Source: Cyanobacteria bacterium J06626_4
Lineage (GTDB): Bacteria; Cyanobacteriota; Cyanobacteriia; Phormidesmidales; Phormidesmidaceae
NCBI GenBank assembly: GCA_038523235.1
Contig: JBCBJQ010000081.1
Location: 1 to 26,866, forward strand
Direction: 5' to 3'
Length of the DNA: 26,866 nt
Each line of letters begins with the position of its first letter. Within the stretch, counting starts at the first letter, position 1. Below, in pieces: positions 8,940 to 17,344 of this stretch. Made by a program: the position numbers and the translations under genes. Under the pieces are notes generated by a model that worked only from the letters and a program-made list of their open reading frames with translations, searched no databases and was not told the DNA's origin.

Positions 8940-9515
8940 ATGTTTGGGATGATTCAGCACATCTGTCGGCAAATCTGGCATCGTTTATTACACCTGCGCT
9001 GGGTGATGGTTGGCGCGATCGCGCTACTCATTTTAGGCCTCACGAGTCGCGGCCACGGGGCCGATGCGACCCTGACCGCGACTGTGGACTATGCCAAGAG
9101 CGGCAACACCTTAGAACTCCTGACCGAGTTGAGTCCCGAACTGCCTATTACCACGGTTCGTCTGACTGGCATTCAGGCCCCTGATCTCGATCAGGCACCC
9201 TGGGGCGCAGCGGCCCGTGACTGTTTGGCTGACCTCAGAGATCAGGTTATTCGCCTGGAAACTGACGACTGGACGCCCGATGTCTACAAGCGGCTGTGGG
9301 CTTACGGCTGGCAGGGACGCGAGCTGATCAATGCGGCGACTTTAGAACAGGGCTGTGCCTATTTGGACGCCGCCGAGCTGCCCCATCTGCAGCATGGGCT
9401 CGACTTGCTTTACGCTCAGGAAGCGGCCCGGCTATTGGGGCGGGGCATTTGGAATCCAAACAAGCCGCTGCGAGAAACACCTGAGACCTTTCGCCAGCGA
9501 TCGCCCGCTCCTTAA
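8940..9515 (+). CDS. Thermonuclease (SNase)-family protein with N-terminal hydrophobic segment; active site degenerate
   Basis: VRLTGIQAPD, PWGAAARDCL, DVYKRLWAY, LINAATLEQG, AQEAARLLGRGIW motifs. Confidence 0.85.
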   Translation: MFGMIQHICRQIWHRLLHLRWVMVGAIALLILGLTSRGHGADATLTATVDYAKSGNTLELLTELSPELPITTVRLTGIQAPDLDQAPWGAAARDCLADLRDQVIRLETDDWTPDVYKRLWAYGWQGRELINAATLEQGCAYLDAAELPHLQHGLDLLYAQEAARLLGRGIWNPNKPLRETPETFRQRSPAP

Positions 9516-9571
9516 ACTAAAGCGATCACCTGCCCCTTAGACTAGACACTATGCTGCACGAAAAGGCTGCC

Positions 9572-10417
9572 ATGACTGACGTGAGTAAGCAGGATCTGAG
9601 CCGCTACCTGGAGGTCGCCACTGAGGCGGCGCTCGCTGGGGGCGCAGTGCTGCAAAATTACTGGGGCAAGCTCGAGCACATTGAGCAAAAAGGCCGACCC
9701 GGTGACCTGGTCACTGAGGCCGATAAAGCTGCCGAAGCCGTGGTTTTGGGCGTGCTGCACCGTCACTTGCCCGATCATCCCATCCTGGCGGAAGAGTCCG
9801 GTGCGATGGGCACCACCGCAGACAGTCCCTTTTTATGGGCGATCGATCCGCTCGATGGCACGACGAACTACACTCATCAATATCCTTTTTCAGCCGTATC
9901 GATTGGCCTGTTGATTGATGGCTATCCTGCCGTTGGGGCAATTTTTGACCCCTTTCGCGAGGATTTGTTTCGAGCCGCCAAAGGGCAGGGGGCGACGTTG
10001 AATCGACTCTCGATTCGCGTCTCAAACACCGCCAAATTGGCTGACAGTCTACTCGTCACCGGATTCGCCTACGATCGCCATGAGCGAGTCGACAATAACT
10101 ATGCCGAGTTTTGCCACTTGACCCATTTAACTCAGGGCGTGCGGCGCGGCGGTGCGGCCTCAATTGACCTCGCCTACGTGGCCTGTGGCCGCCTAGATGG
10201 CTATTGGGAGCGAGGACTTTCACCGTGGGATTTGGCCGCCGGGGTTGTGCTGGTTGAAGAGGCCGGCGGATGCGTGACCGCCTATGACGAAACGGCCTTT
10301 GATTTGCCGTCAGGCAGAATTTTGGCCACAAATGGTCACATCCACACTATCCTTAGCCAAGTGTTAGAACAAATAGAACCCTTAGAGCATTTTCACCCGA
10401 TCACGATCTCTGAATAG
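9572..10417 (+). CDS. suhB: Inositol monophosphatase family protein (SuhB-like)
   Basis: DLVTEAD, ILAEES, WAIDPLDGTTNY and PWDLAAG motifs; alternative start at 9551. Confidence 0.9.
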   Translation: MTDVSKQDLSRYLEVATEAALAGGAVLQNYWGKLEHIEQKGRPGDLVTEADKAAEAVVLGVLHRHLPDHPILAEESGAMGTTADSPFLWAIDPLDGTTNYTHQYPFSAVSIGLLIDGYPAVGAIFDPFREDLFRAAKGQGATLNRLSIRVSNTAKLADSLLVTGFAYDRHERVDNNYAEFCHLTHLTQGVRRGGAASIDLAYVACGRLDGYWERGLSPWDLAAGVVLVEEAGGCVTAYDETAFDLPSGRILATNGHIHTILSQVLEQIEPLEHFHPITISE

Positions 10418-10571
10418 GGAAAATTTTTAACCGTTATTGAGACAACTATCGATAAGATCTTTAACAGTAAAGTTGCTAGCCAATTTCCAGCCAATTGCTG
10501 AAGACTTGGATGATGCATCGCCTGTAGACAGCCAGCCAATGCCTCATTAGGCGGGGGAGACACCACCAGCT

Positions 10572-11546
10572 ATGAATATTGAACAGGGTTTGTTTCAATT
10601 TGACTTAACTGACTACCATGCGATTTTGGGTGTCTCAATCGACGCTGATGCCAAACAGATTCGGAAACGATATCTCAAGATTGCTCGCAAACTACACCCT
10701 GATAGCTTGCGCACCGGCACCGATGCCGAAAAGCAGCAGGCCAACGAGCTGCTGTCGAAGCTGGTCAACCCCGCCTACGAAACGCTCACGCAAGAAAAAA
10801 CCATGACGGAGCATTTGGTGGTGCTGCGACTACGGGGCAAGCAGCTGAGTGGGCAGTCATCGGTTAACCTCACCTCTGAACCGGCAAAAGCCTTGGTGGG
10901 CAGTCAAAATGCGGGGCCGCTGTATACCAACAGCTTGAAACAACTGGCAGAAGCGCAATACGACTCGTTGGACCAGGTGTTGGCGGTGACGGGGCAGATT
11001 AGCGAGCTGAATTTGGCTTATCTAGTCAGCACAGCGGATAGCAGCAACGGTGCATCACCGACTGTCACGTCGGCGAGTGATCGCCCTGGTGCGGCAACCA
11101 GAGATGCCTCAGCCGCGACCCAGAAAAAAAATACCGTGCCCCTCTCTCCCAAACGGCAGCGAGAATCGATTATCGACAGCTACCTCAATCGTGCCAACGA
11201 GTTTGTTCGCCGTAAGGAATATTCTCGAGCCATTATGGAAATGCGAGAGGCGGTCAAATCTCACCCCACCAATGTGCGTTGCCATAGCCATTTAGCGGAA
11301 TATTATCTGGCGGCAGGCCAGGCCAAGATGGCCAAGATTCACCTGAAGCGGGCGATCGCGATCGACCCGAGCAATGCCTTAGCCCAACAGTTAGATGCGA
11401 AGCTCAACGTCACGTCAGAGTCAGCCGGTTCGACCGATGCTTCGAAGACGGCGTCAACATCCCAAGCCAAGTCTAAGGCATCTCAAGCCAAGTCCTCAAA
11501 GTCAAAGGGCGGGCTGTTTGGGCTGTTTGGGGGCAAGCAAAAGTAA
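10572..11546 (+). CDS. J-domain protein with C-terminal TPR region
   Basis: DYHAILGV...IARKLHPD...VNPAYETL J domain; TPR-like AIMEMREAVKSHPTN...HLKRAIAIDPSN; GGLFGLFGGK tail. Confidence 0.9.
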   Translation: MNIEQGLFQFDLTDYHAILGVSIDADAKQIRKRYLKIARKLHPDSLRTGTDAEKQQANELLSKLVNPAYETLTQEKTMTEHLVVLRLRGKQLSGQSSVNLTSEPAKALVGSQNAGPLYTNSLKQLAEAQYDSLDQVLAVTGQISELNLAYLVSTADSSNGASPTVTSASDRPGAATRDASAATQKKNTVPLSPKRQRESIIDSYLNRANEFVRRKEYSRAIMEMREAVKSHPTNVRCHSHLAEYYLAAGQAKMAKIHLKRAIAIDPSNALAQQLDAKLNVTSESAGSTDASKTASTSQAKSKASQAKSSKSKGGLFGLFGGKQK

Positions 11547-12764
11547 ATGAGTTATCAACCGCCATCGGGCACTCGCGATTTGCTGCCGCTCGATGTGGCC
11601 CAAAAGTATTGGATTGAAGGCAGACTAGAGCAAATGTTTCAGCGGTGGGGCTATCACCGCATCATCACCTCAACGGTCGAAAGCCTAGATACGTTAATGG
11701 CGGGCGGGGCGATCGCCCAATCGTCGGTGATTCAGCTGCAGGGAGACGGCCAAGAGCGGCTGGGCCTGCGGCCAGAGCTCACCGCCTCGATCGCCAGAGC
11801 CGCAGTGACTCGCATGGCGCAAGTTACTTATCCTCAACGCCTTTACTACACGGCTAACGTTTTTAGCCGCGCCAAAACCGGCACCCAAGCGGGTCAGCAA
11901 GAATACTATCAGGCCGGGGTCGAGCTGCTGGGTACGCGGGGGCTGTTGTCTGATGCCGAAACGATTCGACTGCTGCTGAGCTGTGTGAACACGCTGCAGC
12001 TCACCGACTGGCAGCTAATCTTAGGCAATGCGGGACTGACGCGTTCACTGCTGGAAGCCTTTCCGCAACCGCTGCGGAAAACCGTGCGGGAGGCGATTGC
12101 CCATTTGGACCGCATCACGCTAGAAACCCTGGATGTTGCCGATGAGCTGCGGCAGCGCGCCCTACGAATGCTCGATCTTAGGGGCCGCCCGCAGGACGTG
12201 TTGCAAGCTGTGAGCCAGTTCGATCTGACGTCTGACCAGCAGGCGATTGTCCATGAGCTGAAGTCCTTAGTCGAACTGTTGCAAAGTGCCGATCCAGACC
12301 AGTCGTTTATCCTGGATCTCAGCCTGATTCAATCTTTCGATTACTACACCGGCATGGTATTTGAGGTCGTGGCTAATACGCCCCAAGGCCGCCAGGTGGT
12401 CGGCAAAGGGGGCCGCTACGACAATCTGCTGGGGGTGTTCGATCCGAAGGGCCGCAGCTACCCGGGCATCGGCTTCATGTTTAATGTGGAAAGTCTGCAT
12501 CAAGCCCTGTTGGGGACAGGGCATTTGCCCGACGCCACCCCGGCTAGCGACTGGCTCGTTGTCCCTAAAACGCCTCAGGCTGCACTGGCCGCGTTTCAAT
12601 ATGCGCAAACCATTCGCGAGGGCAACGCATTGGTTCGGGTTGAGCTGTATCTAGAACCGGAGGACGACGCGGCCATCATTCGCGATCGCGCCCGCGATCG
12701 CCGTATCAGTCGCATCGCTTGGATTACCGAGGACAGCCCCCCCGCGATTGAAACGGTAAACTAA
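11547..12764 (+). CDS. hisZ: ATP phosphoribosyltransferase regulatory subunit
   Basis: HisRS-like fold with PSGTRDLLP, LRPELTASIAR, YQAGVELLG, DYYTG and GGRYDNLL. The ATG immediately follows the upstream TAA. Confidence 0.93.
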   Translation: MSYQPPSGTRDLLPLDVAQKYWIEGRLEQMFQRWGYHRIITSTVESLDTLMAGGAIAQSSVIQLQGDGQERLGLRPELTASIARAAVTRMAQVTYPQRLYYTANVFSRAKTGTQAGQQEYYQAGVELLGTRGLLSDAETIRLLLSCVNTLQLTDWQLILGNAGLTRSLLEAFPQPLRKTVREAIAHLDRITLETLDVADELRQRALRMLDLRGRPQDVLQAVSQFDLTSDQQAIVHELKSLVELLQSADPDQSFILDLSLIQSFDYYTGMVFEVVANTPQGRQVVGKGGRYDNLLGVFDPKGRSYPGIGFMFNVESLHQALLGTGHLPDATPASDWLVVPKTPQAALAAFQYAQTIREGNALVRVELYLEPEDDAAIIRDRARDRRISRIAWITEDSPPAIETVN

Positions 12765-12856
12765 AGTAGCTGTAATTTCTCTGCGGAAAATTAATTCCCA
12801 GGAAATAGGCTGGGGGTATGACAACCCCTGTCTCAAGCCGCGAATAAAGGAGTGTT

Positions 12857-13084
12857 ATGTCTCACACAATTGTGACCAATGTGTGCGAAGGCGTCGCCGA
12901 CTGTGTTGATGCCTGCCCCGTCGCCTGCATCCACGAAGGGCCGGGTAAAAACAAAAAAGGCACCGACTGGTATTGGATCGACTTTTCGACCTGCATTGAC
13001 TGTGGCATCTGTCTGCAGGTCTGCCCGGTTGAAGGGGCCATTTTGCCGGAAGAGCAGCCCGATCTGCAAGAGACGCCGGAATAA
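12857..13084 (+). CDS. Bacterial-type dicluster ferredoxin (3Fe-4S/4Fe-4S type)
   Basis: CEGVADCVDACP and CIDCGICLQVCP motifs; AAGGAG RBS. Confidence 0.93.
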   Translation: MSHTIVTNVCEGVADCVDACPVACIHEGPGKNKKGTDWYWIDFSTCIDCGICLQVCPVEGAILPEEQPDLQETPE

Positions 13085-13141
13085 CTCAGATCATGAGATG
13101 CGACGCCTGCCTGAACTGATTCACGATGAGTCCAGATGTGC

Positions 13142-13936
13142 TTACAGAGCAATCTCACTAATCGCCTCCCAAGCAGGTAGTTCCCCCGCCTCGGCAGAGT
13201 GCGCTAGGCCGCGCTGACAGCGCACCGCAAAGGGACAGTCTGTGCATTTCGGGCTATCAATGGGCAGTTGAGGAAACGGCATGCCCCCCTCTAGTAGGGC
13301 GGTGAGCTGCTGAGTGAGCTGGGTGAGCTGCCGATGGGTAGCTTGATGCGCTTGGTTAGAATAGGGCAAACAGACCTTTTGCGGTGTGGGTTGCGGGGCT
13401 TCCGGATCAGTCACTCGAACAAACCAGTAGGTCATCGAGATTTGCTCAGGACGATAGTCCGTCGTCTCGACCAAGCTGTAGAGGTAAAGGCGCGTCTGCC
13501 ATTCTTGCCGCAGAAACTTTGCGGTTTGGGGTTTGAGATAGGTTTTCCAGTCGATGATTTCGGCCCGGTCACCAGGGGACGAAGCCGCGTTCCACTGACG
13601 CAGCAGGTCATACACTACGGTAAACCAGTAGCCGTTTAGCGCAAACGATCGCTCATGCTCGCTTTGCCGCCAGCTTTCATCCGCCGAGTCAAATAAGTCA
13701 GGCGCTGCCGCCTGCAGGCGACTTACACAGGTTTGCAGTTCGTCATCATGGGCCAGCACTGGGTCAATGGGCAACCCCATCTCGCGCTGCTGCATTAGCA
13801 AGTGAAAGCGATCGCCCCACTGCTGCGCCGCGAGTAATGTCGGCGACGACGGCACCGACAGCGACTCTAAAATCGAGTGCTGAAACCGCCGAGGGCAATA
13901 CTCCAGCAGGGTCAGCTGCCCCTGGGATAGGCGCAT
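13142..13936 (-). CDS. PD-(D/E)XK nuclease family protein (Cas4/RecB-like, four Fe-S Cys)
   Basis: LSQGQL..LEYCPRRF, GDRFH, SE..VYDLL..IIDWKT, WQTRLY and C-terminal CTDCPFAVRC. Confidence 0.85.
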   Translation of the reverse strand: MRLSQGQLTLLEYCPRRFQHSILESLSVPSSPTLLAAQQWGDRFHLLMQQREMGLPIDPVLAHDDELQTCVSRLQAAAPDLFDSADESWRQSEHERSFALNGYWFTVVYDLLRQWNAASSPGDRAEIIDWKTYLKPQTAKFLRQEWQTRLYLYSLVETTDYRPEQISMTYWFVRVTDPEAPQPTPQKVCLPYSNQAHQATHRQLTQLTQQLTALLEGGMPFPQLPIDSPKCTDCPFAVRCQRGLAHSAEAGELPAWEAISEIAL

Positions 13937-13944
13937 CACCGTGG

Positions 13945-15339
13945 TTACGCTTCCCCCCCTACCACCACATTACGAATGCGCAGACTGGGCCCGCCACAGC
14001 CCACTGGCAAGCCACTCTGACCGCCTTTGCCACAGCCACCCGACTCATCCCAGTAAAAGTCGTCGCCGATGCCCTCAATGTCGGCCAGCGTGCGAAACAC
14101 GTTGCCCGAGAGGGTGACATCGCGCACCGGCTCGGCCAGTTCGCCACCGCGAATCATCCAGGCTTCGCCCGCGGTAAAGGTAAACATTTCGCCATTGGTC
14201 ATGCCGCCCAGCCAGTTTTTGGCATAGACCCCTTCTTCAATATCCGTCAGTAAATCAGCGGCGGGCGTCTCGCCTCGGCCAATCCACGTATTGGTCATGC
14301 GCACCAAGGGCGGATAGTGATAGCTCAAACAGCGGGCATTTCCTGTGGGTGTTTCGTCGAGTTTGCCCGCCGTCTCGCGGGAATGCAGTCGGCCCACGAG
14401 GACGCCATCTTCGATCAATTGCGTGGTCGTTGCTGGGCAGCCCTCGTCATCGTACTGGTAACTACCGCGATGACCGGCCAAAGCAGCGCCATCGTAAATC
14501 TGTAGATTCTTCGGGCCGAACCGCCGCCCGAGCGTCATCACCTCCAGCAGATCCGGATTTTCATAGGCCATATCGGCCTCAGAGAGATGCCCAAAGGCTT
14601 CATGCACAAACAACCCGGTCAGGATGGGATCAATCACTACCTCATAGGTATTGCCTTTGACTGGCGGCAGATCAAGGGCTGCGATCGCCCGTTCGGCTGC
14701 GCTATGTACCTGGCCATCTAAACTTTCCAGGTCTTCAAAGGCCTGCCGTGAGCCATTCGTCTCGCGGCCCGTTTGCACCGTTTCGCCATTGCGGGCAGTC
14801 GCGGCTAAACGAATTTCCATATCTGACCAGCTTTGCTCAATCTGAGTGCCCTCTGACGTCACGAGCAAAATATGCTGAGTGGCATCGTTGTAGCGCACTG
14901 AAGTGGTGGCAATGCGATCATCAACGCTTTGCAAGATGTCGTCATAGTGGGCACACAGCGCTTTTTTGCGCGTTAGCGAAATCTCGCGAGGGCTGCTGCC
15001 GGTCATGGCAAAGCGGTACTGCGTTTGAATGGGATTCAGCTGGGCTAACAGCGTTTCGTCATCGCCCACGAGCCGCGCTGCTAAAATCGCCCCTTCAATA
15101 TGCTCCACCAATCCCGCCAGGTGATTAAAGCTGGCAAAGCCCCAACCGCCGCGATGACAGGCCCGCACCTGCCCCCCCAAGTCAATGCCTTCGCTGAGGG
15201 TTTCGACTTTACCGCCGCGCAGCAAAATGTCGGTGCCTTCGGACTCTTCGAGGCGGATGGCCAAAAAATCGACGCGATCGCGATATCGCGCCACCAAATC
15301 AATAATCTGATCCGTATAGTCGTCAAAAGAGCGCGACAT
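13945..15339 (-). CDS. tldD: TldD/PmbA family metalloprotease (TldD-type)
   Basis: HEAFGHLSEAD zinc motif, YDDEG, TGNAR, RMTNT and GGCGKGGQ...GGP. Confidence 0.88.
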   Translation of the reverse strand: MSRSFDDYTDQIIDLVARYRDRVDFLAIRLEESEGTDILLRGGKVETLSEGIDLGGQVRACHRGGWGFASFNHLAGLVEHIEGAILAARLVGDDETLLAQLNPIQTQYRFAMTGSSPREISLTRKKALCAHYDDILQSVDDRIATTSVRYNDATQHILLVTSEGTQIEQSWSDMEIRLAATARNGETVQTGRETNGSRQAFEDLESLDGQVHSAAERAIAALDLPPVKGNTYEVVIDPILTGLFVHEAFGHLSEADMAYENPDLLEVMTLGRRFGPKNLQIYDGAALAGHRGSYQYDDEGCPATTTQLIEDGVLVGRLHSRETAGKLDETPTGNARCLSYHYPPLVRMTNTWIGRGETPAADLLTDIEEGVYAKNWLGGMTNGEMFTFTAGEAWMIRGGELAEPVRDVTLSGNVFRTLADIEGIGDDFYWDESGGCGKGGQSGLPVGCGGPSLRIRNVVVGGEA

Positions 15340-15516
15340 TCAGGCTGGCCTCCATACCGATGCGCATTTTAACTATTGTGCCGCTCTTTTCCCAAATGGG
15401 AAGATCAGCGAGAGACTGGTCTAAGATCATCGTTAATGCCTGAACCTCCGCGTCGATGACTGCGGTGTTGGCTCAGTGTCGCCCATCAGCGCCCTCAAGA
15501 GGTGATCCCCAAGCCC

Positions 15517-16098
15517 ATGACTGCCGAACTGGAATACTCATTGCCACCTGCCATCCGTCGCATTTCTGGTGCATTTCGCCGGTTTGGATGGATTAGCTTT
15601 TGGGCGCAAATTGTGTTGGGCGTGATCGCCAGTTTGGCCCTGATTTTTGCGATCGCCAGCGTGTCATCTCGCACCGCTAGCCCTGATCCCGGTGCGGGGG
15701 CGGGCCTGTTTTTTACCACCATTGGCCAGGTGGCCGTGTTTGTCGGGGCCTTTTGGGCCTATCGCTACACGCGGATTGGGCGACTCCTCCGCAGTGCCGA
15801 TAATGCTAAGCGACCCAAACCCAAAGCCGCCATTCGCATTCTCAAGATCGGCCTCTTCATTAGCCTGGGGGGCATGCTGCTCACTCTGATCGGGGCCGAG
15901 GCGACCGTGGGTGCGTTGTTAGCCAAGGCTCTCTCCCAACCCCAGGGCGCTGCCGTGTTTGGCGCTGGCAGCAGTGTCAGCCAATACGTGCAGCCGCTGG
16001 ATATTTTTATCATTCAGGCCAATACCAATATTTTGCTGGCTCACTTTGTGGGCTTGGTCTTTACTCTGTGGACACTGAACTCTTTGGACAACACCTGA
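15517..16098 (+). CDS. DUF3611 family membrane protein
   Basis: FRRFGWISFWAQIVLGVI, GMLLTLIGAEATVGALLAKAL and PLDIFIIQANTNILLAHF motifs; alternative GTG start at 15502. Confidence 0.85.
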   Translation: MTAELEYSLPPAIRRISGAFRRFGWISFWAQIVLGVIASLALIFAIASVSSRTASPDPGAGAGLFFTTIGQVAVFVGAFWAYRYTRIGRLLRSADNAKRPKPKAAIRILKIGLFISLGGMLLTLIGAEATVGALLAKALSQPQGAAVFGAGSSVSQYVQPLDIFIIQANTNILLAHFVGLVFTLWTLNSLDNT

Positions 16099-16174
16099 GC
16101 CACCCTCACCGGTGGGAAAGCAACGACCGATGTCTTACCATGCTGGGAAAGTGAGCTGACGGGAGAGCGCCCCT

Positions 16175-16732
16175 ATGGACATCCAGACCTTCCACAATTT
16201 TTTTGACTGCTGTGTGGGTCAGTGGGCTTCAGAGCGCACCTACCACTACCTCTCCCATCAAGAAATCGAGCGATCGCGTACGGAATTCACCGTCGCCCCC
16301 ATCACCCCTGACCTCAAACAAAAGGTGCTGGATGACAATCAATATGGCGACGTCGATCACATCGATAGCCTTCCCGGCTTTCGCCTCGGCTTTCATACCG
16401 TCTCGGAAAAGGGTGAAGAAGTTAGCCAAGAACTGCGGCTGCTGTTTGTGCCCAAGCTCGAAGGCGATGGCTGTTTGGAAGGCGACTATTTGCGCGATCG
16501 CGCCTACGAAGAGGATCGACCGATTATTTCCCACTTTCGCTATGGGTTGAGCGATCGTGAACTGTTGATGACTACCCGCTATACCAAAGTCATCTCAGTG
16601 GATTCCATTACCTTGGTCAACCCCGATCTGCGCATCCGCCGCATCTTAAACTACCAGCGTCCGCCAGTTGACCACGCACCGCTAGAAACCGTGCTGCTCG
16701 CGGGCTTCGGCGTCGAGCAGAAGCAGCCTTAG
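16175..16732 (+). CDS. Phycobiliprotein lyase, CpcS/CpeS (S/U/V) family
   Basis: FFDCCVGQWASERTYHYL, YLRDRAYEE and NPDLRIR motifs of the beta-barrel lyases; subtype not assigned. Confidence 0.82.
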   Translation: MDIQTFHNFFDCCVGQWASERTYHYLSHQEIERSRTEFTVAPITPDLKQKVLDDNQYGDVDHIDSLPGFRLGFHTVSEKGEEVSQELRLLFVPKLEGDGCLEGDYLRDRAYEEDRPIISHFRYGLSDRELLMTTRYTKVISVDSITLVNPDLRIRRILNYQRPPVDHAPLETVLLAGFGVEQKQP

Positions 16733-16764
16733 TGCCCCAAGCGACCATGGCTTGAAAATCAAGT

Positions 16765-16793
16765 TTGCACAATCAGAATCGGCGTGAAATAAT
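16765..16793 (+). promoter_or_regulatory. Putative promoter of rpmG-rpsR
   Basis: TTGCAC-N17-AATAAT with a TG extension, about 45 bp upstream of rpmG. Confidence 0.4.
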
Positions 16794-16837
16794 AGGAGAT
16801 TCTGTCTCTTAATTGTTTAAGGCTGATCTAATCTGTC

Positions 16838-17026
16838 ATGGCTAAAGGCGTTCGTTTAGTAATTACCCTTGAGTGCACGGAGTGTCGCACCAACAACGAC
16901 AAGCGGTCGAACGGCGTGTCTCGATACACCACTGAGAAAAATCGTCGCAACACTCCCAGCCGCATCGAACTCAAGAAGTTTTGCACCCACTGCAACAAGC
17001 ACACCGTGCATAAAGAAATTAAGTAG
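16838..17026 (+). CDS. rpmG: 50S ribosomal protein L33
   Basis: [16 protein letters not shown]...[34 protein letters not shown]; both CxxC pairs are present. Confidence 0.98.
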   Translation: MAKGVRLVITLECTECRTNNDKRSNGVSRYTTEKNRRNTPSRIELKKFCTHCNKHTVHKEIK

Positions 17027-17073
17027 TCCATTCATTGCTAATAAACCGCAAGTAAACAGTAGGTACCTCTCCA

Positions 17074-17289
17074 ATGGCATATTTCCGTCGTCGTCTCTCT
17101 CCGATCAAGCCCGGAGACCCCATTGACTACAAAGATGTTGATTTGCTCCGCAAGTTTGTCACTGAGCGCGGCAAGATTTTGCCCCGGCGCATTTCCGGTC
17201 TGACTGCGAAGCAGCAGCGTGACTTGACGACCGCGATCAAGCGGGCCCGCATGTTAGCACTGTTGCCCTATGTGAACCGCGAAGGCTAA
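17074..17289 (+). CDS. rpsR: 30S ribosomal protein S18
   Basis: [26 protein letters not shown]...AIKRAR. Confidence 0.99.
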   Translation: MAYFRRRLSPIKPGDPIDYKDVDLLRKFVTERGKILPRRISGLTAKQQRDLTTAIKRARMLALLPYVNREG

Positions 17290-17344
17290 GCCCATTACCA
17301 GATAAGCTAGGGATGTCGTTGCGCTAGCAAGGGAAATTGAGGCT

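Noticed and set aside
11458..11500. SQAKS repeat in the J-protein tail
   Set aside because: It is a short imperfect repeat in a low-complexity linker and is unremarkable.
13142..13936. CRISPR-Cas locus suggested by the Cas4-like gene
   Set aside because: No repeat-spacer array or other cas genes are in the window.
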